From assembly GCF_009914755.1 (NCBI RefSeq), contig NC_060926.1: 64,000 bases of DNA. One strand, 5' to 3'. The number at the start of each line of letters is the position of its first letter. The stretch's first letter is position 1. Of the stretch, positions 1 to 18,052 are shown one piece after another. Position numbers and translations under genes: made by a program. This DNA comes from the human T2T-CHM13v2.0 reference genome, Homo sapiens. The notes beneath the pieces were generated by a model that saw only the letters and a program-made list of their open reading frames with translations, did no database searches and was not told where the DNA came from.

Positions 1-1814
1 TCTACATGGGTGAGTCATGAAAGTAAGAAGAACCAGTTGCACCAAAGGGAGGCAAAGGGCATTAGCTGCCTTTTTCAACCTGCATTTGCAGACAGTGATT
101 CCAGCTCCCCCTCCAAGCTTGGGGAAGACCCTTTGTTTTCTGGGCCTCAGTTTCCCCAGGTGGAAGAGGTAATGGAATAGGTGATGGCCAAACTCCTGGG
201 ATTCTGGCCACCCCTGCTGCAAGCTCCTAGTGCCCAGAGTTCCACACATAGAGCTGCCATATGGCATCAACTCGCTCAATCTCAGATGTGTGGTTGAGGT
301 TCGGGGACCGAGGTATGTCCGTGCTAATAGACTGTTACCCCTTCAGAAGCCTAGCGGAGTAGACTGTGAGCTGAATCTGGTGCTGAAGATGGTTACAGGC
401 CTCAGCAGACAGATGTTTCTGCAGCTTCAAGCTCCTTCCTGAGAGAGAGCACTTCGGACATTTCCAAGATTTTTTGGGTGATCATCAAAGACCACATTTG
501 CCTGGGAAAGCCAGAAATACCTTTGTTAAGGGGACAAATAACAAAGGGGCATGGCACATGCCACCGCAGTTCCTGTGGAAGGAGGAGAGCGAGGAGAATT
601 GCCACGGATTGGGTGCCCGTTCTGTGCCAGAAAACTTCTCATGAGTTCCTTACATTCTTCTCTTTAGGTTAGACAAGCAGCCCTCACCAGGGCTCCCTCA
701 ACAGTTCCTCCAAGTTCCAACCCAAACCCTCATGCTCTGAGCCTTCATCCTCTGTTTATCCTTCTCATGCATCACACACTCTCCCCAGGGGCACTGTCAC
801 CCGGAGGCTGTAGGATCTCTGCCCATGATGCCGCAACCCCCCTGTCCAGCTCTCATCTCTCCTGACTGCTCCTGTCACCCTCCCTGCTGCCCAGGGTGCA
901 CCATCCCGGGACGTCCCCTCCATAGGCTCTCCAAACCCAGCCTCTGACTCTCCCGTCTTCCCCTCTAGAACTTCCTAGCTCATGATGCTGTCCCCATCTT
1001 AGCAACTGTGCAAGCCAGAAACCTGGGCTTTATCCTTGCCACCTCCTGCTGGCCACATCTGCTCAAGTATCTCAGGATTCCTTCCCCATAGGTCTAGCAT
1101 CTCTCCACTTCTCTCCATCCCAGTTCCCTCTGCCATAGGTCTGGCCACATGTGCTTCTCACTGGGACTAGGATTCCAGCATGCCTCTAACTGGTGTGAAA
1201 CAGGGGTCGGATTATCTCTCTAAAAGGCTACTCTTGATCAATGGCTTCTCCAGCTAAATCTTCATCAAGGACTGTCCTGGGGAGGCTTCTGCTTTTGTTC
1301 TAACACTCTCAGAGATTCTGATCCTGGGGTTGTGGATGGAGCCGAGGGAGCTCTCTTTGGGGGACCCTAGAGCATATCTAGGTTTAAAGTCGTTGGCCTG
1401 TGTAGCCCTTGCATATCATCCAGCCTTCTGCCCGGAGCTCCCAGGGCAGACTGCCTAGCTCTGGACACGGTATCCCACTGGGCACAGCTTCCTGGAGTGC
1501 ACCCTACATGCCCACACCACTTCGTGTACTGGGACACCTTTCTCCCCTCCTGCATCCCACAGGAGCCTGCACCTGGAGACCCAGGCTGTGCCTCAACTCC
1601 CTCCAGGAGCAACCTGGGCCCTCCCTGCTCAGTGCTGCACACACCCCTCTGGCAGAGTACTCACTCTCTGCCACGTCCAGCTACCAACCATGGCCCAAGC
1701 CCCTTCTAGTTAAGAACTCCGCCTTTCTTCTCTGAGCACCCAGCAAGAGTCGGAACAGCGCAGGTATTCAGTAAATATTGCCTTAAAAAGACAGTCTCTC
1801 CCAGCTTTCAGATT

Positions 1815-2165
1815 GTTACAAACATTTTATTGAAGTATAACATACATAGAGAAAGGTAGAAACTCTATGCATATGGCTCAATCCATGTTCACACAGGAAA
1901 CAGACTCGCGGATCCAGATCATGACGTGACCTGTACCCCAGCAGCTCCGCCTGCTCCCTCACTCACCATCTCCCAGCAAAGGCGGCTGCCCCTGCCTTCT
2001 AGAACTAGAGCTGTTCTGTCTCTTGACCCTTGCACTGATGAGATCATATAGCGTGCACTCTTTTGTGTCTATTTTTTTCTTATCATTATGTTTGTGGTGC
2101 TGAGGCTCACCAATGTCGTGGGGAGCAGGGATCTGTTCACTCTCATTTTAACCTTCAGTTTTTTA
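1815..2165 (-). mobile_element. Old L1 (L1ME/L1MC-like) 3' fragment
   Basis: ttttattgaagtataacatacatagagaaag start typical of antisense L1M 3' ends. Confidence 0.55.
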
Positions 2166-3925
2166 ATAGCAGAATGGGAAGAAAAGATATTCCTTGCCTG
2201 TGTGGGTCCTGGGGCCCTGATCCCCCTGCTCCCCACTCTGCAGGGACCCACACCTCATGACCATAGCAAGGGTGAACCCACCCCTCCCTGGGCCTCAACC
2301 CCTGTGTCTTTGGAGAGTGGGCTACCAGTGATTTCTTGGGGCCCTTCTGGCTCTGGCCACCCCTGCTGCAAGCTCCTGGTGCCTTGCACCCAGCTCCCCT
2401 CCCCACGGAGATGACTTCAGGCCAGGAGAATGCCAGGCTGGAGATCTGATTTGATTAAGGAGGAAAGAGGAGCCTTGTGAAGCCACAGGGCAGGCGTGCC
2501 ACCACACTGACCCTGCAGAGGCCGGGGACAAAGCAGTGCGGGGCCGCACTGCTGCTGAGGCCGGCCCCAGCAAACCTGATTATGGGGCCTCTGCCACGGT
2601 CTGCCCGCGTCTTTCAGAGAGAGCAGTCTTTATTCCCCCAGGCAGGTCTCTGGACAGACAGGTCTAAATTGAATCAGGCCCTGGTCCATGGCACAGAGCG
2701 GGCTATTCACTGGCCCTACCGTCCCCTAGCAAAACAGGCCCCCGGCCATATGGTTGTGCGGGTAAATTGGGCGGACGTGTGGCTGGTGGCCAGCCCTCGC
2801 AGCAGCCTGCACAGCCAGCTCTGAAGGGCCCACGCCTGGGCTCAGCCAGGAATGCGGGACCAGACAGCCGCTGTGGGTTGGGTAAGCAGAGGGAGCACAG
2901 GCAGAGAGGCAGGAGCCCTGGTTCTAGTGCCAGCCATGCCATGTAATAGCGGTGGAACCTTGGCCGATGGCTCAGCCTCCCTACCCGGGGCCGCACGCGT
3001 GATATGAGTGAGAATCATGATCCTCTTATTCCGACAGCCTTGCAGAGCTGCTGTAAGCTGAGGTGCGGTGAGGCACGTGACCGAGGAAGGGCTGGGCCTG
3101 TGGCAGGGTCCATGTCAGTCTGAAGCATCTATGAGGGGAGAAAAGGCCTGCAGATGCCAGCAGGGCCACGGAGGCCCCAGCAGAAGCACCGGCCGCAGGT
3201 CCCCCTTTTCGGCAGAAGACACTCTGCCATCTGGGCTGCCCATGGGGCTGGCCGGTGCCTGCCAGAAGCCTACTCCTATAACATTATCCACAGTGGGCAG
3301 GGCTGGAGGGACCCAAGATACCACTCCCAATTTATGGATAGAGAAACTACCCCTCCGAGAGGCTAAGTCATCTGCCCCCATGTCAGTGACAGAGAGGGAA
3401 CTAGAAGTCAGATCTCCTGGTCCCCAGTAGAGCAGCTTTATACTAATTCTTATTGTAGAGACAAGGAACCCGTGGCCAGAGAGGGAAGGTGATTCTCCAA
3501 GGTCTTCTGTGAGGCACCCACCTTATGGCCTGACCCCAACTCTCACAGCTTTGCCCACAGCATGCTCCAGGGCCAGCCAAGGCTGCAAGGGGCAGGAATG
3601 ATTCATGGTGAGGGGCTGGTTTATGGGGGGCGTTTGAGCTGAGTGCATGAGCAGTTTGTGGAAAGCCCAGCAAAAATACAAAAATAAATTATGAAATACG
3701 TAGAGGTTTAGCTGCTGCAACAAGTGTGCTCAACTCAGACCTTGAGGCTCAAGTGCCAGGCAGGCCAAGGCATCTCTGTCTCTCCCTCCGCTTGGTCCCC
3801 ACATGGGGTCTGGCCCCCTCTTCACCCGCCTCCAGGTCTCTGCCCTCAGGTGGAACTGATGGATGGGGGGCGGTCACACCAATGAGCACCCGGAGTATCA
3901 CCTTGGTGCACTGCCTTCCTTCTCC

Positions 3926-3941
3926 TGTTTCCATGGAAACA
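3926..3941. promoter_or_regulatory. Perfect palindromic RFX X-box
   Basis: TGTTTCCATGGAAACA fits GTTNCCATGGNAAC. Confidence 0.5.
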
Positions 3942-6900
3942 CCTGGGAACACATTGATCAATGCTCATTTGAGGCTTTCATGAGCCCGAAGGTTGGAATA
4001 AGTTTTGATTCAAACATGACACTTTTTAACACAGTGAAAAACTCATTTTGTACAAAACCCCATTATGTGGAACAGACACGCAGGTTGATGGCCAATTTAG
4101 CTAATAGAGCTTTGCAGCTGACATTGAATTAAATCTGCAGGAAGCAGCCTCCGTCTTCCTGAGAAGAGTCACATGCAGACCCACAGTGGGTGGAGACGCA
4201 GAGGGAGGGCCACCCCCCCCTCCGCCCCACCCCACCCAGCTTCGGCCACTCCCTCATCCCTCAGATCAGAATGGGCAGGTCCTCCTTGCTCCAAAACCTC
4301 ACAGGATTTCTGGTGCTCAAGGATGAAGTCCAAGTCCACCTCCTCCTGCTTCGCTCCACGCTGCTTTCTGGTCTTTGAACACACCATGCTTTTTCTGGTA
4401 TTTACAGGTGCCATCCTCACCTCATCTACCAGGCAAAATCCTCTGATCTTAAAGGAGGCAGCTCCGGGTCACCTCCCCCTTGATGCTTCCCACGATCCCT
4501 CTTTGAGTCTCCTTGACCCTCCCTTCCATTCCTCTACAAAATGCATTTCATAGGACACAAAATATCTATGCACATATGTATCTATCTCCTCATTTCTAAG
4601 TGTCTCAAGTCATTGCTGATTCTATCTGAGCCTCAGTCTCCTCCTGTAAAATGGGCACAATAACACCTACTGGAAAACTCGAAGAAAAGTATGTGAAACA
4701 GCTCGTGCCAGGTGGCACAATTCAGGACCCACTTCTTACCAGCTGAGCCCCATGGTTCCCTACCCTCTCTGTGCCTCTGTTTGCTCCTCTGAACAAAGCT
4801 GGTGATGGGAGTGCTTACCTCACTGGATTGCCGGGAGGATTAAATGAGTTGATAGACATAAGTTACTTGGGATAAGGAGTCACCATTGTGTGCACTTTGG
4901 AATGAAGCCTCATTTCCCTCACTCTTGATAATGAGAAGACCCTGCAAACTGCAGAGGGCAGTGCCAGTGGTACTTGGGCCCTCCTGGCCTGAAACAGCTC
5001 CAGCAGTGCTTACAGGGGTCTCATGCATTCCTGGAGGGGCGCACCTGGACAGATGTGCCCCTTCCTTCCAGGGGAGAGGATGACAGCTTTTCTCATGAGT
5101 GTCTCTGTGCAGGGCCAGGACCAGGGAGCAGGCTCATCAGGAGGTGCTGCCTGGATGACATGATGTTGGCGCTTGGCTGACAGGGCCCCCCAGCTCTCCC
5201 CTCTCATTTGTGCCCTCTGAGGCCTCCTCCCAGCACACTTGCTCATATTATGGGATGCCTCGGTCTGGTTCTTCCACCAATCTGTTGTGCAACTTCAGAG
5301 AAGCCACTCCCCCTTCTCCATCTCAGTTTCTCCTCTTATGAACATATAGCTGGGAGGGAGGATGGCAATAAACCCAGAAGAGTTACTTTAAACTTTAGAG
5401 TACGTTACAATCGCCCAAGTCACTACTGAAGATTTCTGGGCCGCAGCAGGGAGGTTGTATGATTTAGGGGTCTGTGGTCCACACAGTGAAAAACCCAGAC
5501 TGGGTGAAGATGAGGGGCTCTGAAGTGGGTGCTATGAGCTGGTGTGGCCCCCAGACCCCCTCAGGCCTGCAGCACTCAGGCCCTGGCTCCAGGAGTGTTG
5601 CAGGCTCATAGCTGGTTGTGGATGCCCCAACATAGCAGCTGCCAGCTTCACATTCCCTTTCAGAGCAGCCCTCATCCAACGCCTGGTCAGGACCCAGCCC
5701 CTTGCCTGGGTCAGGGGCAGCTCCTAAGAGACAGATTGAGGCCTTTGCTGTGACTGCATCACAGCTCAACGTCTCTCGTGCCCAGCCCCATGCTCCTCAC
5801 TCCCCAGTGAGTTCCCTGAATATTCATCTCTGGCTCAGAGCTGGCCTCCAGGAGGCTGGCCTGCAGCTGTGCCTCTCCAGACCCCACATGCTACTTACTG
5901 GCACTCCTGGGGCCACTTGCACGGAGGTGAGTGCCCAGTGCTGGAGGGGTGCGGACAGGCATGAAAGACACTCGCAGTCCAGTCGGAGGCCGACAGGCAA
6001 CCAATAACTGCAGGACAGTGAGGTCAGGGCTCCAGAAAGGTTTGCACAAACTACACGGAGCACACGAACACGAAGGATAGAGGCCCTAATCCCGCTGGGA
6101 GTGACCGACCCACTGAGAGTGAGTTTCCAGGAGAGAAAGCAGCGCTGAGCCTGGCTTTGAGGATCATCAAGATGTTGTCAGGTATGATGTTAGGAGGAGC
6201 AGGCACAGGGCAATGCTAAAGCCAACTTGACTTTACCCTAGAGAAGTTCCCCCTTCTTCTGGGAAACCAGAGGCTCAGGGAGGCTGAGGGGAGAAACAGA
6301 GGCAGGGACAAGTGCTCACAGCAAGAAAACATTGTCTGTCTGTTGTTTTGACCCAAGCAAAGCACATGCGAGAGAAAATGGTGCCGAGGCAGTCAGCCAG
6401 CGCAGGCAGGAGAAGCAGGCGGGATCTGCGCACAGCCTGCTCCCAGCACAGCCTGGCCGGTGATCACGTGACTGTCTTGCTGGAAGATGCTTTGGCTGGA
6501 GACTGAGGAGCTGTGCTACAAAACAGCATGTCTGGGAGCCTTGGCACCATCTCACAGTGGAGGGGCAGACCTCACCTGCTGTAGGGTGGAGGATTCAGCC
6601 TGGCCATTGAGCCCCAGAGGCAGGGGGTCCGCACCTGAGCCACCACCTTAGGTATCATGGTGCCACCTGGAGAGTCCCGCCTCCCCAGGAGTATTGATGC
6701 TCCTCAGAGAAGACGGTGTGCCATGCAATCAGCTCTGACTAACCTATTGCAAAGTCTATCCATGGTCAAACCCTGGTCTGCTGGGCTAGGCCCCGTGCTG
6801 GGTCAGGCCCTGTCCTGGGTCAGGCAGATACAGAAGTGCGTGGCATATAGTCCTCGTCCTAAGAATGGGCCAGTCTGGTGGCCTTCTCCTGACAATGGGC

Positions 6901-7168
6901 CAGAGAGGGAAGATTTAGCAACAAGAGTGGAAAGGCCAAGGATGGAGGCCACACAGGGTCCCAGTGCATTGTGGGAGCACAGCAGGGACGTTGAAGATAG
7001 AGTAAGAGTCAGCAGCCAGAGAGTGTGGGTGGGTGTTAAAGGGAGAGCATCTCCACAGGCGGAGTCCTGGAGGGGAAGAGGAGACACAGAGTGAGAGACT
7101 GGAGAGGGGTAGAGTCCAGGCAGCCGAAGGCCTGAGCGCTGTACCCTGGGAGCCTCGAGAGGACCTCA

Positions 7169-7724
<556 letters not shown>

Positions 7725-8026
7725 GGCCGGGCATGGTGGCTCTCACACCTGTAATCTCAGCACTTTGGGAGGCCAAGGCCGGTGGATCGTGAGGTCAGGA
7801 GTTCAAGATCAGCCTGGCCAAGATGGTGAAACCCCGTCTCTACTAAAAATACAAAAAATTAGCCAGGCGTGGTGGTGGGTGCCTGTAATCCCAGCTACTT
7901 GGGTGGCTGAGGCAGAGAATTGCTTGAACCCAGGAGGCGGAGGTTGCAGTGAGCCCAGATTATGCCACTACACTTCAGCCTGGGTGACAGAGCAAGACTC
8001 TGTCTCAAAAACAAACAAACAAACAA
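7725..8026 (+). mobile_element. AluSg-like
   Basis: Dimeric Alu with (CAAA)n tail. Confidence 0.95.
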
Positions 8027-8082
8027 TTACTTGAGTCACCTACAGCACAATTCATGCTAAGGCCATAGACCTCAGTCCGCTT

Positions 8083-8488
<406 letters not shown>

Positions 8489-8552
8489 CTGTTAGAAGCA
8501 GAAAAATCCTAGAGTGGCACTCCTTGCAAAGTTAAAGTTGCTAAGCTTTTAA

Positions 8553-8852
<300 letters not shown>

Positions 8853-9014
8853 TTACAGAATGTTTTGTCCTTTCTCTTGGTTGGATGAGTAGAACAGGAA
8901 TGGTGGCAAGGGGGAGGACAAAGAGGGGGAGGTGGAGAGAAGATGGGAAGAAGGAGGGATGGAGGATGAGGGAGTCAGAGAGAGGAGGTTTGAGGGCAAG
9001 AAGAGAGGATACTC

Positions 9015-9160
9015 ATTTCCCTTAGAAGAAAATCAAGTTTAGCCCCAAACTCCTGAAGCTATGGAAAGGGGGTTGGGGTTGGTCTCTGCCTTTGAGGAAT
9101 CCTCCCAGGACCTTCCTAGCAGCTGGGTGGGGGCTTTCTGGCTGGGTTGCGACAAGCTGC
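9015..9160 (-). pseudogene. Possible RME-8-like pseudo-exon, cut by an LTR
   Basis: AARKVLGGFLKGRD..LQEFGAKLDFLLR vs LACEAINRMFQKEQ..ALKADLVPYLLK. Confidence 0.35.
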
Positions 9161-9161
9161 T

Positions 9162-9760
9162 TCAGTCAGGGTCCAATCAAGAGACAAACCACACCAATTA
9201 CCTGAGCACAGAGAATTTCATATAAAGAATTGCTAAGTATAAAGTTGTTAACCAGATGACTAAAAGGTAAAAATGAACTCTAAAGTGTCACAAGGGTAAT
9301 CATACAGGAAGCATCTACCACCCCTGAGGCTGCGGGAAGAGAGGAAGAGTTTCGGGTTTAAAGGACGGGTCCAGTCTTCTGAGGTGGGCCACTGTTTGGC
9401 TGGTGCTGGGGTCTCTGAGCTAGAGGAGGGCTTCTATGGAGCTGGGACCCAGACCTCTGAGGAGGGGATCTGCTTGGCTGCTGGGGAAAGAGGAAGGCAA
9501 ATTGGGGCTGCTTCTGCGAGAGGTTAGAAAACCAAATACTGGATCCAGCTGCTGCTATCTATCACAGGAGCTGTGGCTGCCAAGGTGAAGAAGAACAGCT
9601 ACGTGACAAGGGAGAGCAAGTCCTTTCAGCCTCTCAGGCTCCCCACCCCTGCCACTGGCAGAGCCTAATAGAGAGCCAGCTGGTGACACAGAAGTGGGGT
9701 TTGCAGAGTTCCAGCCCCAGACCATGGAGCTGATCCTAGAAGTGAGCTTGGAGCTGATGG
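9162..9760. mobile_element. Old ERVL-class solo LTR (LTR33/LTR41-like)
   Basis: agtcagggtccaatcaagagacaaaccacacc..aatttcatataaagaatt start; family uncertain. Confidence 0.5.
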
Positions 9761-9901
9761 AGGATATGGTGCTGTGTTTATAGCTCAGTACACAAGCCTG
9801 AGCCTCTTGTGTATGTGGGGGGGCTTGGGGGGGCGGGCGGGTGCAGGCAAGCCTTGCCCTCAGAGGAGAACTATTACTAGGTCTCAGCATCCAAAATATG
9901 A

Positions 9902-10271
<370 letters not shown>

Positions 10272-10366
10272 TCATTTTCTATGCATTGTCTCAAAACATG
10301 GCTTTGATATCACATATATGGTTTTACATCTTAATTTCCTTTTTTTGTATGTAAAACATCACTATA

Positions 10367-10804
10367 TGTTATGGATTGAACTGCGTCCCCTGATAAGAGG
10401 TTGAAGTCCTCACCCCTAGTATTTGTGAATGTGATCTTATTTGGAAACAGGATTTTTGCAGATGACTGAGATAGGATGAAGTCACTGGGATGAGCCCAAT
10501 TCCAATGTGTTAGGTGTCCTTATAAAAAGGGGGAATTTGGATACAGACACAAACCCAGGGAGAACGCCATGTGAAGACTGAAATTATGCTGCTTCAAGCC
10601 AAGAAACACAAAGAATGGCCAGCAGTTACCTGCAGCTAGGAGAGAGGCCTAGGGGAGGTTCTCCCTCAGAGGCCCAAGAAGGAACAAAACCTACCAACAC
10701 CTTGATTTCAGACTTTTAGCTTTCAGAGCTGAGGGCAGTTAATTTCAGTTGTTTAAGGCATCTAGTTTGTGGTAATTTGTTATGGTGGCCTCACCAAACT
10801 AACA
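10367..10804 (+). mobile_element. MLT1 (MLT1C-like) solo LTR
   Basis: tgttatggattgaactgcgtcccc...tttgtggtaatttgttatgg..aaactaaca. Confidence 0.85.
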
Positions 10805-10982
10805 GCAAGCTGATAACAAACAACCGTTTACGTATGTTCCCATGTCGTCATAAGCTCCTCCTAAATACAGTTTTAATTGCATGTAGTACTCCACTAAGTG
10901 GATATCATCTCATTTATTTTGCACATTTTTGGCTGTCGTAAATAGCATTGTGTGGATCATTTTTTTGGTCATCATCTTTTCT

Positions 10983-14645
<3,663 letters not shown>

Positions 14646-15035
14646 CTTAGATAGATTTCTTTACATGAGATGATTGGGTGAGTTTTTTTAAGGTTTCTAA
14701 CAAAACAAAACATTTTGCTTGTTATAAATTTAACATATGTTATTTTTGATAATTTCCAAAATAAAGGATAAATATAAAAAATTAAACCACACTTACATTA
14801 AATCACACCAGCCAGCAATGTCCCAAGTAATTTTAACCTACTTTTTGGCAATAATTTTTAAGGCTCTCAATACTTACTACCAAATTCCTTTCTATAAAGT
14901 TACATTTCCACCAACAAATCTTCCATAAAGTTACATTTCCAGCTACAAACAAAAATTGTATATGAGAAAGTCTATCTTACAGCATCCTCACCAGTAACAA
15001 ATATTATCACCTTTTAATTTCTTTGAAAATTTGAG

Positions 15036-15345
15036 GCCGGGTGCAGTGGCTCACACCTGTAATCCCAGCAATTTGGGAGGCCAAGGTGGGCAGATTACTT
15101 GAGGTCAGGAGTTCAAGATCAGCCTTGTGAACATGGTGAAATCCCATCTCTACTATAAATATAAAAATTAGACAGGTATGGTGGCGTGCACCTGTAATCT
15201 CAGCTACTTGGGAGGCTGCAGAATAAGAATCACTTGAACTAGGAGGTGGAAGTTGTAGTGAGCCAAGATCGTGCCACTGCACTCCAGCCTGAGCAACAGA
15301 GCAAGACTTCATCTTAAAAAAAAAAAAACAAAACAAAAAAAACTG
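15036..15345 (+). mobile_element. AluS
   Basis: Dimeric Alu. Confidence 0.95.
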
Positions 15346-16035
15346 AATGTTGAAAATCATGTCATAGTTTTACTTGGTATTTGATTTCTTGGGGATTTAA
15401 TACTTTAAAGTACTTTTTAGCTATTTGTTTGCCCTCAAGTACATTGTTTAATGAAGTACATTGTCCTGGTTAGTTTTTTAAAATCAGGGTCTTAGTGTTT
15501 TTCTTGTGCACTTGTGTAAACTCTTTATATACCATGTATTGACTTTTTGTTAAACTGGTTACAGGTTTTTTCCTTTTTTTTCTTTTTAACCTTTTAATAT
15601 TGATCATTTAAAATGCCTATTTTGTGTATTCACATCTATTGATTTTTCTCTTTGTGTTTTCTTCCACTGCTTTAACTTTAGGTGGTTCTCTCCATTCCAA
15701 GCATAAAGTTATTTATATGTCCTTCTAGATTTCTTATGTTTTCATGTTTTTATTTTTAATTATTTAGTTCACTTAAATTTATTTTGGAGAATGATGTGAA
15801 ATGAGAATTTGAAGCTCAGGTTTTTATCAGCTTCCAAATTCTCCCTGCATAATCTACTGAATGGTCCTTCCCCTTGTGATGACTACTGTAGCATACATTA
15901 AGTTCTTATGTACTCTAGAGCTAGTGTTAGTCTAACCCTTCTGTTTCACTGATCCACATGTTCATATTTATGATAGTGCCTTACTTTCCAGCATGATATT
16001 TTGTAGTTTTTCTTCATTTCTCACACCCTCTCTAC

Positions 16036-16178
16036 CTATCTATATGAGAAGAAGGCAGAGCAAAGACGAAAACCAGGAAGCCATTTTGGACTACCCAGAT
16101 GGCAAAATGGCCACCGTGAGCCCAGTGGAGAGAAAATCCTGGGAAGTGTCTAGAAGAGTGTCAGATTTCAGCAGAGAT
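16036..16178 (-). pseudogene. RME-8-like pseudo-exon
   Basis: SLLKSDTLLDTSQDFLSTGLTVAIL vs [23 protein letters not shown]; donor gtagag. Confidence 0.45.
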
Positions 16179-16405
16179 CTTTGAGATAGGATGAAATGGA
16201 AGGAATGATAACCATCATGGCAGAAAGGAGCAGGTGGGGTTTGTCAGGTCTACGTGGGGCCAAAGGAACATGTCAGGAAGCAGAGAAGGATTCCAAGAGG
16301 CACAGAGACAAATAGGGCATGGCTGTGCCCTCAAGGAGCTCAAAGGCAAGTAAATAAAGATTACAATAGTATGTAATAAGTGTCATAATAAAGATGTAAA
16401 CTTTC

Positions 16406-16701
16406 GGCCGGGCGCGGTGGCTCACGCCTGTAATCCCAGCACTTTAGGAGGCCGAGGCGGGCGGATCACGAGGTCAGGAGATCGAGACCATCCTGGCTAA
16501 CACGGTGAAACCTCGTCTCCACTAAAAATACAAAAAATTAGCCGGGCGTGGTAGCGGGCGCCTGTAGTCCCAGCTACTCGGGAGGCTGAGGCAGGAGAAT
16601 GGCGTGAACCCGGGAGGCGGAGCTTGCAGGGAGCCGAGATAGCGCCACTGCAGTCCGGCCTGGATGAAAGAGCGAGACTCCGTCTCAAAAAAAAAAAAAA
16701 A
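16406..16701 (+). mobile_element. Young AluY (Yh-like diagnostics)
   Basis: CpG-rich; gagatcgagaccatcctggctaacacgg; perfect 16-bp TSD aaagatgtaaactttc (16390-16405, 16702-16717). Confidence 0.95.
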
Positions 16702-17244
16702 AAAGATGTAAACTTTCTTTGGAAGCATGGAGGACATCCACATTTGTCGGGTCCAGAGCAGTCCAGAGAGACTTCAGAGGGAAAATGAGCTTAAGTTGGG
16801 CTGGAAGGATGCATAGTAGATTGCCAGGTGATGGTTCGGTGGGGCTGGCAGGCGTGGAGAGTAAAGTTGTAGAAATTCTGGAAGCAGGATCAGATTGAGG
16901 AAAGTAGGGAAGCTAGAAAACGCTTGGTGTTTTGGGAGAAGTAGAAGTAGTTCAGTCCAAGTAGTGCCCAGTGTTTTGTGCACAAGCCAGGCTAAGAAGC
17001 TTGGTCTTAACTCTGACTGCAATAAAAAGCCACCAGAGGGTTTACATGGAACAAAGAGGTGATCAGATTTAACTTACAAAGAGACCGCTCTGGCAACAGT
17101 GGTTAGATTGGATTTAAGAGGAGCAAGATTATAGGAAGACTGTTTAGGAGGTGGCTATAAAAACCCAGGCTTGAGCCAAGGAAATGGGAATGAGTAGTGG
17201 TGGGGGTAATGGGTGAGAGAGACAGATCAGATTTGGAAAGCTTG

Positions 17245-17422
17245 GTCTCTGGGCTTGGAACTTCCCTTAACACTTGCCCATCTGCATGGTTTCCAGCTAT
17301 AGGGGTTCCCTGGGTGTTACCCCAGGCTGAAGTGACACTCCTCTAGAGCACCATTTATTCTTTCATGCTTAGATGGAAGGTAAGACCATGTTAGGACCAC
17401 TGAAGGTGTCATCTGGTATGCT
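17245..17422 (-). pseudogene. RME-8-like pseudo-exon
   Basis: Acceptor ttctcatttttttag; WSYLPSKH..RGVSLQP vs WKLPEDF..GGVFLRI. Confidence 0.45.
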
Positions 17423-17564
17423 CTAAAAAAATGAGAATAAACCAACATTTATTGAACCTTGTCCTAGGAACCTATATCTTCTTAACCCTCAAAGCAACTC
17501 TATAAAGAACATACATTTGCTGCCATTTCGTAGATAAGAAAACTGACCCAGGGAGACTAAAAAG

Positions 17565-17955
17565 TTGCCTAAAGTATATAGAAATATAATTGATTTTTAT
17601 ATATTGATCTTGTATCCTACAACCTTGCAAAACTCACTTATGAATTCTAGTAGTTGTTTTGTAGGTTTCATTGGCTTTGCTAATAAATTATCATGTTGTC
17701 TGCAAATTAAGAAAGTTTTGCTCTTTCTTTTCTATCTCAATGTTTTTTTCTTTTCTTGCCTCACTGCACTAGCTATAAACTACAATGTACAATGTACAAT
17801 GCTGAATAGAAGTTTGAGAGGGGGTTTCCCTGTCTTAGTGATGATTGCAGGGGAAAAATACCCAGTCTCTCACCATCAAGTACAATGTGAGCTGGTGGTA
17901 TTTTCTAGATGCCCTTTGTCAGGTTGAGGAAGTTCTCTTCTATTCCTCATTCACT
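17565..17955 (-). mobile_element. Old L1 ORF2 fragment inserted in a MIR
   Basis: Antisense L1 ORF2-like sequence; MIR halves on each side. Confidence 0.7.
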
Positions 17956-18052
17956 GAGAGCACAGTTAGAAAGGGCAAGTGTAGGATTTGAACTCAGTCT
18001 CTAAGACATGAAAGCCTGGGTGATTAGCCCTTCCAGCAGCAAGAATGAGTAC

